Below are positions 1 to 8,170 of a DNA stretch of 52,813 bases, piece by piece (position 1 is the first letter of the stretch; every line of letters starts with the position of its first letter). Source of the DNA: a virus (lineage: Duplodnaviria > Caudoviricetes); the IMG/VR virus record IMGVR_UViG_3300033513_000011, positions 1 to 52,813 of that record. One strand, given 5' to 3'. A program made the position numbers and the translations under genes. The notes beneath the pieces are model-generated. The model had not been told where the DNA came from and made no database searches. It saw only the letters and a list, made by a program, of their open reading frames with translations.

Positions 1-83
1 GTAGCCTGTGCTGCGGATGTACTCGCTCCGGTCAAAACCCAGCCGGCGCAAGACTTTGCCCATGCTTACCTTCTTCTTGACCA

Positions 84-347
84 TCAGCAATGCTCCCTCA
101 GTGCCTGGTCAACGTAGGACTGATCGATGCTATCCTGAACGACGATGTGTTTCCAGAGCACAAGCTCCGACGTGCTCAAAGTGCGTAAGGTAGGGGGATC
201 AGCTACTTTCCCATTGCGCATGCACCAGAAACGGCAGAAGTAGCCGCCGCTAATTGTTGGACCGGAAGTTACAAAGCCTGCCTCATCACGCTCACCCCGT
301 TGTCCAGTGTGCCGGACGACCTGCGTACCTCGAGCTAGCTTACCCAT
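84..347 (-). CDS. hypothetical protein
   Basis: 87 aa ORF, tightly packed in leftward operon (start overlaps end of 340..702). Confidence 0.6.
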   Translation of the reverse strand: MGKLARGTQVVRHTGQRGERDEAGFVTSGPTISGGYFCRFWCMRNGKVADPPTLRTLSTSELVLWKHIVVQDSIDQSYVDQALREHC

Positions 348-702
348 TCAGCCTGCCCTCCGGCTCTTCGAAGAAGATATGGCCTTCAGGCTCGCCGCTG
401 CTAGCAACCACGCCATCCGGCCCGCGCGGATCCGGCAGCTCGCCGGCATCGATGAAGATATCCACCGTTGGCATCTCCGCCTGGGAGAAGTCGGCGCCTA
501 GTTTGGCGCTTGACCGGAAGCTGGATACCTTCTTGTTAATCTTGCCACGGGTTTCCTGCGCCCATCCATGCACTTTGCGCAGTTCGGTTCCTTGAATGCC
601 GTCCTTCAGAGCAGCATTCAACACCTCGCCATGGTCGAGGGCATAACCACTCAACCAGGCAATGATCTTCAACAACCGTTTTACATCTTTCACTTTCGCC
701 AT
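340..702 (-). CDS. hypothetical protein
   Basis: 120 aa ORF preceded by AGAAAGGAG RBS. Confidence 0.75.
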   Translation of the reverse strand: MAKVKDVKRLLKIIAWLSGYALDHGEVLNAALKDGIQGTELRKVHGWAQETRGKINKKVSSFRSSAKLGADFSQAEMPTVDIFIDAGELPDPRGPDGVVASSGEPEGHIFFEEPEGRLNG

Positions 703-714
703 AGTGTCTCCTTT

Positions 715-1200
715 CTACTTACTTGGCTTCAACTTGGCAATACGGGCTGTGCTACCACTTGGCAGCGTTACCGTTTCCATGCTTTCAATCTCAGGCATCT
801 TATCTGGCTTGGGACGCTTAGGGATAGGCCAGCCACGCTTGGTAAACCATTCCTCAAAGGCAGCAATCCAGGCATCTAGAACCGGGCAAACTTCCTCATA
901 GAAGTGGTCTGCCTCTTGGCTAGCACACTCGTAAGCCATACTGTCTGGATCAGGCCCCCAGAAGGGGTGATCGATCATGTTATAAGCCTGGATCGCGCTG
1001 CTCCGCTGCAAGCAGATAACTCGGTAGGCGTTGGTCATATGCCGCTGACTCATAATGGCCAGAGGCACAAAGTCGCCTTCCCTTGTTACCCATACCGGGC
1101 ACTTGTAACGCTCAGCGAGCTCACGCCTTACATCATGAGCGTTGAAGAAGGAGCTTTCCGACTCATAATTTATGCGCTCTTCATAGTCATACATCGACAT
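715..1200 (-). CDS. hypothetical protein
   Basis: 161 aa ORF, AGGAGG RBS, operon packing. Confidence 0.7.
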   Translation of the reverse strand: MSMYDYEERINYESESSFFNAHDVRRELAERYKCPVWVTREGDFVPLAIMSQRHMTNAYRVICLQRSSAIQAYNMIDHPFWGPDPDSMAYECASQEADHFYEEVCPVLDAWIAAFEEWFTKRGWPIPKRPKPDKMPEIESMETVTLPSGSTARIAKLKPSK

Positions 1201-1414
1201 GGTCTATCCTCCTGCTCAGCCGGTCTCTGGGCACCCGTAACGGCTCCACTGCCTGCCAATCCAGTGGATCTACCAAAACGTAGCGACCCCTGATCGCAGT
1301 CACTTTGCCCCTGTGACGGTACCAACGCCAGCCGCCCACACGGCCACTGGCGCGTCCACTCCACAGAAACTCGACAATATCACCAGGGACAACATTCTCA
1401 GGAAAAATGTCCAT
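1187..1414 (-). CDS. small hypothetical protein, SH3/KOW-like beta pattern
   Basis: Start ATG 1414 after GGAGG; GDIVEF...RGKVTAIRGRYVLV beta-barrel-like pattern. Confidence 0.6.
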   Translation of the reverse strand: MDIFPENVVPGDIVEFLWSGRASGRVGGWRWYRHRGKVTAIRGRYVLVDPLDWQAVEPLRVPRDRLSRRIDHVDV

Positions 1415-1421
1415 AGTATCC

Positions 1422-1434
1422 TCCACGGCGTGGA
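1422..1434 (-). repeat. palindrome TCCAC-N3-GTGGA copy 1
   Basis: Coding-strand CCTCCACGCCGTGGAGG, overlaps RBS of 1187..1414. Confidence 0.85.
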
Positions 1435-1468
1435 GGTGCCATTCTCCGGACTTCCCCGGACGAAACGG

Positions 1469-1786
1469 CTACTTCCACCATTTCTTGCCTTTCAGGCTTT
1501 CCTTGGACTCTGACGGCTTGCGCCAGACAGTCTCCCAGCCATCCATCCTCAATAGATTGAGTACGCGCCACTGGTCAGGCCATAACTCCACCTTGCAGTG
1601 GACTTCTACCCTGCCAGCATGCTCTGGATTATCAGCCCAGGCGTAGCCTGTGACTTCCCAGATATCCTCTCTTAGTTCTTGGATATCCCAGGCGCCGTAC
1701 ATAACTGCACCTGGATGAGCCAGCATGACAGCATGCAGGGCTTTGTTTTGCGCCTCACTCAGCTGCGGACGTTGCAGGATCGGCAT
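1469..1786 (-). CDS. hypothetical protein
   Basis: Likely start MPILQRPQ at 1786, directly after the stop of 1788..2177. Confidence 0.6.
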   Translation of the reverse strand: MPILQRPQLSEAQNKALHAVMLAHPGAVMYGAWDIQELREDIWEVTGYAWADNPEHAGRVEVHCKVELWPDQWRVLNLLRMDGWETVWRKPSESKESLKGKKWWK

Positions 1787-1787
1787 G

Positions 1788-2177
1788 CTAACTGCGCTTC
1801 TTTCGCAAGTCGTAGTAACAGCCCATATAGCTCGGGCGCGTCTCTGACTTGCTGTCGTACTTTTCAGGCGGCGGCGGGACTTGGATAAACTCGGTCCAGC
1901 AGCTGACTGCTTTATGAAAGCTACCACCGAAGTAACGATGCCCAGCTGGAGACACCTGTGAGATATAACGCAGCCAGGGCAGCTTGGGACGCATAGCATT
2001 CAACTCGGCTCTGGTCCCTATAGCTGCCCTGTCTGTGCGAATGACCATTTCAGGTGGGTCGTCATCATCCAGGCATAAGAACCAGATATTCAGGCCATTT
2101 TGATCCAAGCCTTTCCACACCGGTTCCTCATACCAGCAGCCATCACTACAGTAGCACCAAGTTGCAACTAGGCTCAT
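1788..2177 (-). CDS. hypothetical protein
   Basis: 129 aa ORF abutting neighbours. Confidence 0.6.
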   Translation of the reverse strand: MSLVATWCYCSDGCWYEEPVWKGLDQNGLNIWFLCLDDDDPPEMVIRTDRAAIGTRAELNAMRPKLPWLRYISQVSPAGHRYFGGSFHKAVSCWTEFIQVPPPPEKYDSKSETRPSYMGCYYDLRKKRS

Positions 2178-2178
2178 G

Positions 2179-2379
2179 CTAAGCCTCCCATATTCTAGGT
2201 TCCCAGGGCGTAGGATTCATCGTGGCCAGGAGTGTGCTAGTCATTGGCTTTTGCTCAACGCGGTACCATAAGCCATCTTCACGCTTCTCCCAAATGCCTC
2301 TTTCTGTAGTCACCCTGAAACCCACGGGCTGAGCCTCCAGGAGGTCCCTTATAGCTCTATAACTGTCATCTAGCACCAT
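2179..2379 (-). CDS. hypothetical protein
   Basis: 66 aa, AGGAG RBS, TAATG coupling with upstream ORF. Confidence 0.6.
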   Translation of the reverse strand: MVLDDSYRAIRDLLEAQPVGFRVTTERGIWEKREDGLWYRVEQKPMTSTLLATMNPTPWEPRIWEA

Positions 2380-2552
2380 TATCGTCTCCTGTTCTTGCGC
2401 CGGCTGGCTTTCTCCGCTTTGCGCTTTGCCTTAGCCTTCTTGTCCTCTTTTCCACGGTGTGGAGGTTCAGCCATATGCTTAGGCTGGCGAGCGCCACCTG
2501 TGCTGACAATCAGCTCTGCCAGCTGCTCAGGTGTGAGCAATGTAGCATTCAC
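2379..2552 (-). CDS. small basic protein (57 aa, not in ORF track)
   Basis: GTG start overlapping upstream stop (GTGA); MNATLLTPEQLAELI...KAKAKRKAEKASRRKNRRR; stop overlaps next start (TAATG). Confidence 0.55.
   Translation of the reverse strand: MNATLLTPEQLAELIVSTGGARQPKHMAEPPHRGKEDKKAKAKRKAEKASRRKNRRR
2451..2463 (-). repeat. palindrome TCCAC-N3-GTGGA copy 2
   Basis: Coding-strand CCTCCACACCGTGGAAA. Confidence 0.8.
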
Positions 2553-2812
2553 CGCCGCTTTATCCTCCAGCTTGCATAATACGCCACAATCTTGGCTGCC
2601 AGCTCAGAGGCAGTATCAGTGATAAGCGTGCCATCGATCCAGGTAGTGCGACGTGCAGTGTAATTGCCCCGCCCTGAGGGAAACTCGTACTTGACCAGCC
2701 TCCAGCGATTAAAGCCATTGGGCACAGAGGCGTCCTCATAAGCAGTGATTATCTCACTCAGGACAGTCATCTCGCCTAGATCCCAGTGACCAACAAACTC
2801 AAAGGGTTCCAT
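2549..2812 (-). CDS. hypothetical protein
   Basis: 87 aa ORF abutting neighbours. Confidence 0.6.
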   Translation of the reverse strand: MEPFEFVGHWDLGEMTVLSEIITAYEDASVPNGFNRWRLVKYEFPSGRGNYTARRTTWIDGTLITDTASELAAKIVAYYASWRIKRR

Positions 2813-3031
2813 TTACTTCTGCTTCTCAGACCAATCCACCAGGGCTTGCAGCTGCGCCAGCTTGAACTGGCTTAGCTCCCTAGTAATTACCCCTAGTGCA
2901 TAAAAGAGAGGTTTGCTCTGCTCAATAGGGGGAATACCCACAACCTTGCAAAACTGCTGGAAGTCTAGCTTGCTAGCCGCTCGTGTGAGAGCCAGCTTCA
3001 GCTTCCAGAACTCCTCGCTGTTCACTGACAT
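2813..3031 (-). CDS. hypothetical protein
   Basis: 72 aa, AAAGGAG RBS. Confidence 0.65.
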   Translation of the reverse strand: MSVNSEEFWKLKLALTRAASKLDFQQFCKVVGIPPIEQSKPLFYALGVITRELSQFKLAQLQALVDWSEKQK

Positions 3032-3176
3032 TCGTATCTCCTTTCACGCAAATTTGGCACTCGAAGACCAGCTCCAGCCCTACCCACAGGTAGCGCCCAT
3101 GCTTACGGCATACCAGCCTGTGACAGTTAGAGCAAAAGTCAGCCGGCGCCCCAGTGCACCCATCGATATCACACAT
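2973..3176 (-). CDS. small Cys/His-rich zinc-finger-like protein
   Basis: CDIDGC...CSNC...CRKH...CQIC; TAATG coupling to upstream gene. Confidence 0.55.
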   Translation of the reverse strand: MCDIDGCTGAPADFCSNCHRLVCRKHGRYLWVGLELVFECQICVKGDTNVSEQRGVLEAEAGSHTSG

Positions 3177-3502
3177 TAGTAGCTACCCTCTGGCACGTTC
3201 TCAAGATGTGCCTTGAAGACCGGCACCCTTACATAGCCGATCTCCACCCAGTAAAGCACCTGGTCGTCGATCACCCCTGCATCAGACAGCGCTTTGACAT
3301 AGTTCAACAGAGCGCCCTCGCTGTAGGTCTTGATAACGATCTCGTCAGGCGCTAAGTCCAGCTCAGGCACGTTGATGCTGAGCACCCCAGACGGGAAGCC
3401 CTCATCTGTCTTGGCGAACAGGGCAGGACGCATATTGGAATAGCGTCCCTTGAAGAGGTTGACAACCTCTCCGTTGATCAGTGTGATCTTCATCTCACTC
3501 AT
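3176..3502 (-). CDS. hypothetical protein, DUF4313-like
   Basis: EGFPSGVLSINVP...EIVIKTYSE...LSDAGVI...IGYVRVPVF resembles DUF4313 pattern (by eye). Confidence 0.55.
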   Translation of the reverse strand: MSEMKITLINGEVVNLFKGRYSNMRPALFAKTDEGFPSGVLSINVPELDLAPDEIVIKTYSEGALLNYVKALSDAGVIDDQVLYWVEIGYVRVPVFKAHLENVPEGSY

Positions 3503-3755
3503 CCTTGAATAGGCGGTGAATCAGCCACTGGGTACTTTGCTCGGTCTGGCTGATCTGAAATGCCCGATCGTCAACAAAGAAGATCTGATTCTGGATGCGT
3601 AGCGCGGCGCCCGGATAGTTTGCAACCACGAACTCGCGGATCACTATGTCCCTGATATCTCCAGGGTACACGGATCCAAACCATACCAGGACTGGCACAC
3701 GCTTGCCAACATGAGGAAACTCAACGGGAGTGATGCGTGCCATTTGCTTTGTCAT
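3495..3755 (-). CDS. hypothetical protein
   Basis: 86 aa, AAGGGAG RBS. Confidence 0.6.
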   Translation of the reverse strand: MTKQMARITPVEFPHVGKRVPVLVWFGSVYPGDIRDIVIREFVVANYPGAALRIQNQIFFVDDRAFQISQTEQSTQWLIHRLFKDE

Positions 3756-3789
3756 GGTCTCCCTTCACCTATTTGGTAGGTACCCATAT

Positions 3790-4005
3790 TCATAGAGGTC
3801 TAGGTCCTCTCTCGGGGGGCGCCAGCTCGCGCATGCACACGGGACATACGTAGCGCTCATTCTTTTTGATCCCGCTTCCAGCTGGCAATCCCCCTATAAC
3901 AAAGTGTTCCTCATCCCATACATGTAGCACGGCTGCATGTGGATGCTCAGGGCAGATCCAGGGGAGCGCATCAGGAGGCAGAGGCTGTCTAGGAATGTTA
4001 TCCAA
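3790..4005 (-). CDS. small zinc-ribbon-like protein
   Basis: Probable TTG start at 4005 after GGAGGTG; CPEH...CPVC. Confidence 0.45.
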   Translation of the reverse strand: MDNIPRQPLPPDALPWICPEHPHAAVLHVWDEEHFVIGGLPAGSGIKKNERYVCPVCMRELAPPERGPRPL

Positions 4006-4144
4006 ACATGCACCTCCCACAAGTATAGGCATAGGGATGCTGCCACTCTTTGTGCTCAGGATATCGCTGAATGCGACACCACTCCCCACATGTATTGCAC
4101 CTCCACCAGCCTAGATAGTACATCAGCCAGTAGAAGATGCTCAT
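3998..4144 (-). CDS. small zinc-ribbon-like protein
   Basis: Start MSIFYW at 4144 overlapping upstream stop (ATGA); CNTC...CGRC. Confidence 0.5.
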   Translation of the reverse strand: MSIFYWLMYYLGWWRCNTCGEWCRIQRYPEHKEWQHPYAYTCGRCMFG

Positions 4145-4407
4145 CTGTCCCCCTTCCTGCGAACCAATAGCTTCTTGGAACCATAAGGCCTCATCGCACA
4201 CCCTACATACAATGGGAGCGGACTGAGTAAGTCAATCTCTATTGTCCCTACCTTGTCACCTAAGTCAAAGTAAGGATAGACGTATACGTCAAGGATACGA
4301 CGTATCGGCTTAGGCCGTTGTGAAACTGTCTTTACGGGGATATCGTCCATACTCTGCTCCCACATGCCACTGAAAAGGTTTTTACCCCTTTTCAGTGGCG
4401 TTGTCAA
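4141..4407 (-). CDS. hypothetical protein
   Basis: 88 aa ORF filling operon gap; start uncertain. Confidence 0.5.
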   Translation of the reverse strand: MTTPLKRGKNLFSGMWEQSMDDIPVKTVSQRPKPIRRILDVYVYPYFDLGDKVGTIEIDLLSPLPLYVGCAMRPYGSKKLLVRRKGDR

Positions 4408-4410
4408 GGG

Positions 4411-4689
4411 TTATGAGAGGGCGGCATCCCCGAATGAGGCGTAGAACACCTCGAGCATCTCGGGTGTAGCCTCCACGGTGTGGAGGATATCTGGCACAAA
4501 CTGTTTCTCATTGGTGATGAGATCATGCTGCAAGCGATCAGCGGTGCAGCCAGGGCAAAGGACAGTGCCATTTGAGAGAATGAGGTGCGTGTCCTGTTCA
4601 TGGACAACCGCACCGCAGTAGCAGGCACCCACCACGGCGCCTGCGCTAAAGGGCTTGACAACGCGAGCTACACGCAGGGTGTTTAGCAT
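4411..4689 (-). CDS. hypothetical protein with CxC...CxxC
   Basis: Start MLNTLRV at 4689 after AAGGAGG. Confidence 0.6.
   Translation of the reverse strand: MLNTLRVARVVKPFSAGAVVGACYCGAVVHEQDTHLILSNGTVLCPGCTADRLQHDLITNEKQFVPDILHTVEATPEMLEVFYASFGDAALS
4472..4484 (-). repeat. palindrome TCCAC-N3-GTGGA copy 3
   Basis: Coding-strand CCTCCACACCGTGGAGG. Confidence 0.85.
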
Positions 4690-4766
4690 ATGGCCTCCTT
4701 TTGGGCTGTCCGGCACCAGCCGTTACCTAGGCGTCTGTAGTCACCTAGGCGCCAGTAGTGCCGCCT

Positions 4767-4797
4767 AAGAACCCGGGGAGGACCACGCCTCCCCGGG
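4767..4797 (-). terminator. probable intrinsic terminator
   Basis: 10-bp GC stem CCCGGGGAGG/CCTCCCCGGG (4772..4797), 6-nt loop, followed by TTCTT on minus strand just after stop of 4821..5648. Confidence 0.65.
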
Positions 4798-4820
4798 CGG
4801 CTGACTTACTTACTTCTGGA

Positions 4821-5648
4821 CTACTTGATTACTTTGACCCGCAGCAGCGAGCCCAGGTTTACAAGAGCGTCGACCTGAGCATCGTCGTTGGGATCGAAGT
4901 AGTGATCCACGCCGTCGTCGTGGCCGGAGGCGGTCACGATGTGGAAGAGCGTGCCAGGGGCCACAGTCTCGGTCATATTGATGCGGACATTGCCGTCCGT
5001 CATCACGCGGATGGCCTTGGGTTGGCCATTGCCGTTCTTCTGGTAATACTCCCCGGTTGTATCCAGCGCCCGGTTGAGTTGATACTGCTGCTTCTCTTCC
5101 TTGGCATGCAGCAGCTTTTCGGTGCGGGCCGCCCAGGTCTTACCGACGCCCAGTTGCAGCGTTGCGAGGACTTCGCGGGCATACTCATTAGCCAGGTAGC
5201 CCACGATGTGGAGAGCGACGGAGTCGCCGTTCAGGACATAATCCACACGGTCATGGAAGATGGGCTGGTAGCCTTCTGCCAGACCCATGAGCTTGTCCCC
5301 GCGGTATTTCGCCCAACCATTGGCGGTCATCTTGAGATAGGTGCCGTTGTTGGTCAGGGACTCTTCGGCTTGGACAAACTCATCGGTGGTCTGAACGGGG
5401 TACTTCGGATAGTGCTCGCCGGGCTTCCAATCGGCATAGTCGCCGTTGGCGATGTGGCAGAACATATCCAGGGCGTCATAGAAGCGCCCAGGCTCCCGCT
5501 CAGAGATGGTGTGCAAGGTCTTGCCTTGATGCAGGACCAGCCAGGCGGCTGGCTCATCGTCCTTGCAGACTGCTCCGACCTGGTTGAAGGAACCGGTGCG
5601 GAGTTCGAACTTGTCAGCGAAATTCACGGTTTGGTTGTTATTTTTCAT
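4821..5648 (-). CDS. hypothetical protein (275 aa)
   Basis: Long ORF with AAAGGAG RBS and strong codon bias; no family recognised. Confidence 0.8.
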   Translation of the reverse strand: MKNNNQTVNFADKFELRTGSFNQVGAVCKDDEPAAWLVLHQGKTLHTISEREPGRFYDALDMFCHIANGDYADWKPGEHYPKYPVQTTDEFVQAEESLTNNGTYLKMTANGWAKYRGDKLMGLAEGYQPIFHDRVDYVLNGDSVALHIVGYLANEYAREVLATLQLGVGKTWAARTEKLLHAKEEKQQYQLNRALDTTGEYYQKNGNGQPKAIRVMTDGNVRINMTETVAPGTLFHIVTASGHDDGVDHYFDPNDDAQVDALVNLGSLLRVKVIK

Positions 5649-5671
5649 AGAGAGAGAATCTCCTTTCGAGA

Positions 5672-6244
5672 TTAGCGTGACTGAGAGTTGACTTGCTGCC
5701 GCCTGGCATTTGTCTCGCCTTCGGCTTTATCGACCAGGGCCTGTAGCCCAGCTGCTTCGATCTCGGCTTCGAGTTCGAACTTCTTCTCGAACAGCGGAGC
5801 GGTGAACGCATCCACTTTAGCCTTGATCATGCCCTTGATGCTGTCGAACTTGGCAGCCCGCTCGCTGGTATTCGTTGCGCGCGGGACAAGAGCGCCATTG
5901 ATATAGCGCTCATCGCCAAACAGCTCAAGCTGCAGTGCCCGTAGCTCGGCACGCAACTCCTTGATACCTGGCACCCATGCATCCAGGTTGTGGATGACCT
6001 CGTTGATCTGAACTTCCAGCGCATCGCGTTGGGCAACTACCAGGTGCGCATACTCGAACGCCTTCTGCTCTTTCTTCAGGTCATCAATAGCTTTCTGGAT
6101 CACATCATCATGCTTGGACGCTTCAATGGTCGCGATCTTGAGGATCGGGCCAATCAGCTCCTTAGCAAGCTGAGGATCCAGTTTGGGATACGGCTTGGTT
6201 TCGGCTGCCGGCTTGCCGATCTTGCTGTCTTTCTTATTGGTCAT
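5672..6244 (-). CDS. coiled-coil hypothetical protein
   Basis: 190 aa, AGGAGG RBS, helical A/E/K/L-rich. Confidence 0.8.
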   Translation of the reverse strand: MTNKKDSKIGKPAAETKPYPKLDPQLAKELIGPILKIATIEASKHDDVIQKAIDDLKKEQKAFEYAHLVVAQRDALEVQINEVIHNLDAWVPGIKELRAELRALQLELFGDERYINGALVPRATNTSERAAKFDSIKGMIKAKVDAFTAPLFEKKFELEAEIEAAGLQALVDKAEGETNARRQQVNSQSR

Positions 6245-6253
6245 GTAGGCCTC

Positions 6254-6334
6254 CTAAGCCTCAACATCTGTGTCTTGTGGTTCCATTAGGAATTCGGGTG
6301 GAAAAAACCCTACTGAAATTACCCTAATATACAT
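6254..6334 (-). CDS. putative 26-aa microprotein
   Basis: AGAAAGGAGGTG RBS then MYIRVISVGFFPPEFLMEPQDTDVEA; TAG overlaps RBS of next gene. Confidence 0.4.
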   Translation of the reverse strand: MYIRVISVGFFPPEFLMEPQDTDVEA

Positions 6335-6428
6335 AAGCACCTCCTTTCTTTAGGATTCGAATAAGCTATTGCTGTCAAAGACAGCCATGCTGCCCTCTCG
6401 CACTAAGGGCAGCTCTGGTTGTGGTTGA

Positions 6429-6611
6429 CTAACCGACATCGAGCACAGGAAACTCAAACGTCTTGCGCTCGCCCAGCTTATTGATGAGCAGCATATGCAC
6501 CCGGTTGTTCTCGTAATCAGTGTGGTTGCTGATAACTTCCCAGGTATTGCGTGCCCATCGGACAGAAGCGTGCAGGACTTTCTTTCCAATGCGGTGCTGA
6601 AGCTTGGACAT
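6429..6611 (-). CDS. hypothetical protein
   Basis: 60 aa, AAGGAG RBS. Confidence 0.65.
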   Translation of the reverse strand: MSKLQHRIGKKVLHASVRWARNTWEVISNHTDYENNRVHMLLINKLGERKTFEFPVLDVG

Positions 6612-6649
6612 GTTTTCTCCTTCCTATTGAGAGTCTGATATAGGGTTGA

Positions 6650-6985
6650 TTAGGCTAAAACTAGGGCCTGTGCGCCGCCATTCTTGAGGGCATAGGTCAA
6701 GCCTTCTGAGGGAAGATAGCCCTCAAGCCAGCCTCTAGCAACAACGCCTACTAACTGCGGTTGCCAGTTATAGGGCTGCTTCTTGTAAAACTCCTCCTCT
6801 TCCTTCAAGCGATTCAGAAACCACTCGTTTGCAGAAAAGATGGAGCGCCATGTGACCCAGCGTGTTTCACGCTCTCGCCATTCCTTCCACTCGTAGATGA
6901 CCACAAGGGAATCGAACAGCGATGCAGACTGTACAGCGCCATAGTTCATGGCTTTTAGAACTGCCATTACCATCTCGTAGAACAC
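6650..6985 (-). CDS. hypothetical protein
   Basis: 111 aa, GTG start after AGAAAGGAGG. Confidence 0.65.
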   Translation of the reverse strand: MFYEMVMAVLKAMNYGAVQSASLFDSLVVIYEWKEWRERETRWVTWRSIFSANEWFLNRLKEEEEFYKKQPYNWQPQLVGVVARGWLEGYLPSEGLTYALKNGGAQALVLA

Positions 6986-7225
6986 AGTTGCCTCCTTTCT
7001 ATATAGGTTTCGGATATAGGGTTAGTGGATATGAAAAAGGATGATTACAGATGTGCCAGCTTGAGTTAGGGCTAAGCTGGCACGAAAACGCCCCCGCTTA
7101 TTTAGGGTAAAGCAGGGTAAGACCCAGTGTACAGAAAGCGCAGTTCAAAGGCTTACGGAAGGCGCTTTCTAAGCTCTAGGCTATAGAGTTTGGGTGATGC
7201 CATGTGCTGACATCAGGCTATTCAG

Positions 7226-7480
7226 TTAGTTGTTGCGGCGCAGTTCGATCAGCAAGCGCTGTTCTTTCTCGCTCAGCGTGCTCAGATTGACCTCAGGCAC
7301 GCAGGGGCGCCCAGCACCCTCGATGTGAGGGACGTGGTGATGGCGGATCGGCTTGCGATGGTTGGTATTGATGGGTTCTTTCACGATTGGCTCCTCATGC
7401 TTGCAGGCTATCGCCCACAAGGCATAGATCACGATCAAGGCCAGGATGATCAGGGCTAATGGTCCCACATATGCGCCCAT
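7226..7480 (-). CDS. small protein with N-terminal transmembrane helix
   Basis: PLALIILALIVIYALWAIA hydrophobic segment; AGGAG RBS. Confidence 0.6.
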   Translation of the reverse strand: MGAYVGPLALIILALIVIYALWAIACKHEEPIVKEPINTNHRKPIRHHHVPHIEGAGRPCVPEVNLSTLSEKEQRLLIELRRNN

Positions 7481-7491
7481 AGACTTTTCTC

Positions 7492-7695
7492 CTATTGTTG
7501 GGTTAATACGAACAGGTCATGTCCTTCCGCGTCCTGCACAGTAGCGCGCAGAACTTGGCGACGGTCGATGCGGCTGTTGTAGTGCACACGGGCTTCGGCA
7601 GCATCATTGAATGGGCCTATTGTGCCTGTGGTAAGGCGAGTGCCTTTGTTCCGGATGGACAGGTACACCTTACCGGGTTGACGGTCGTTCAACAT
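7492..7695 (-). CDS. hypothetical protein (first gene of leftward operon)
   Basis: Start MLNDRQ at 7695 after AGAAAGGAGGTGA. Confidence 0.7.
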   Translation of the reverse strand: MLNDRQPGKVYLSIRNKGTRLTTGTIGPFNDAAEARVHYNSRIDRRQVLRATVQDAEGHDLFVLTQQ

Positions 7696-8008
7696 GTTTA
7701 TCACCTCCTTTCTGATATAGGATATAGATCCCTACCCTCCCCCCTCCCTCCCCCTGGGGGGAGTGGGGGTAGCCCATATGAACGTATGGGTTGATGAGGT
7801 TCGCGCCCCCCTAGTTCACTTATAAGGGACGCCTACCCCCCACAATACCGTCTGACCCCCGGACTGGGGTAAAATATAGGGGGTAGTGGTGTAAGCGGCA
7901 CATGCGTAGGGATAAGGAGCTGATACTGGGTTTGCCACCTGGTGTAGGCGTATCCGCAGCAAGGGATAGGGGTAGCGTCCTATCTACCTAATGAGGAAGT
8001 GTGGGAAG

Positions 8009-8170
8009 ATGGAAGAGCGAATAGACTGTCCCTATTGTGGTGACATTGCTTACAGGCAAGAGCTAATCTGGAGCGTGAAGCTCGAGCGTTGGTTCTGGCT
8101 ATACGTGTGTGTGGTGTGTATGGTGCCATGCATGAAGGAAGCTGATCCGGAGGACGTGCCAGATGAGTGA
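8009..8170 (+). CDS. small zinc-ribbon protein (not in ORF track)
   Basis: MEERIDCPYCGD...YVCVVC...PDE; stop overlaps start of 8163..8462. Confidence 0.5.
   Translation: MEERIDCPYCGDIAYRQELIWSVKLERWFWLYVCVVCMVPCMKEADPEDVPDE

Larger units (their letters stand above)
6634..7727 (-). promoter_or_regulatory. repeated CCTATAT(C) motif upstream of leftward RBSs (candidate phage promoter)
   Basis: Minus strand AACCCTATATCAGA (6634..6647), AACCCTATATCCGA-AACCTATATAGA (6998..7023), CTATATCCTATATCAGA (7711..7727), each just 5' of an RBS. Confidence 0.55.

Noticed and set aside
4758-5675. 305-aa plus-strand ORF
   Set aside because: Antisense shadow of 4821..5648, which has an RBS and fits the leftward operon
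7030-7225. tRNA in the structured intergenic region
   Set aside because: No cloverleaf, T-loop GTTC consensus in a proper arm, or CCA end recognised
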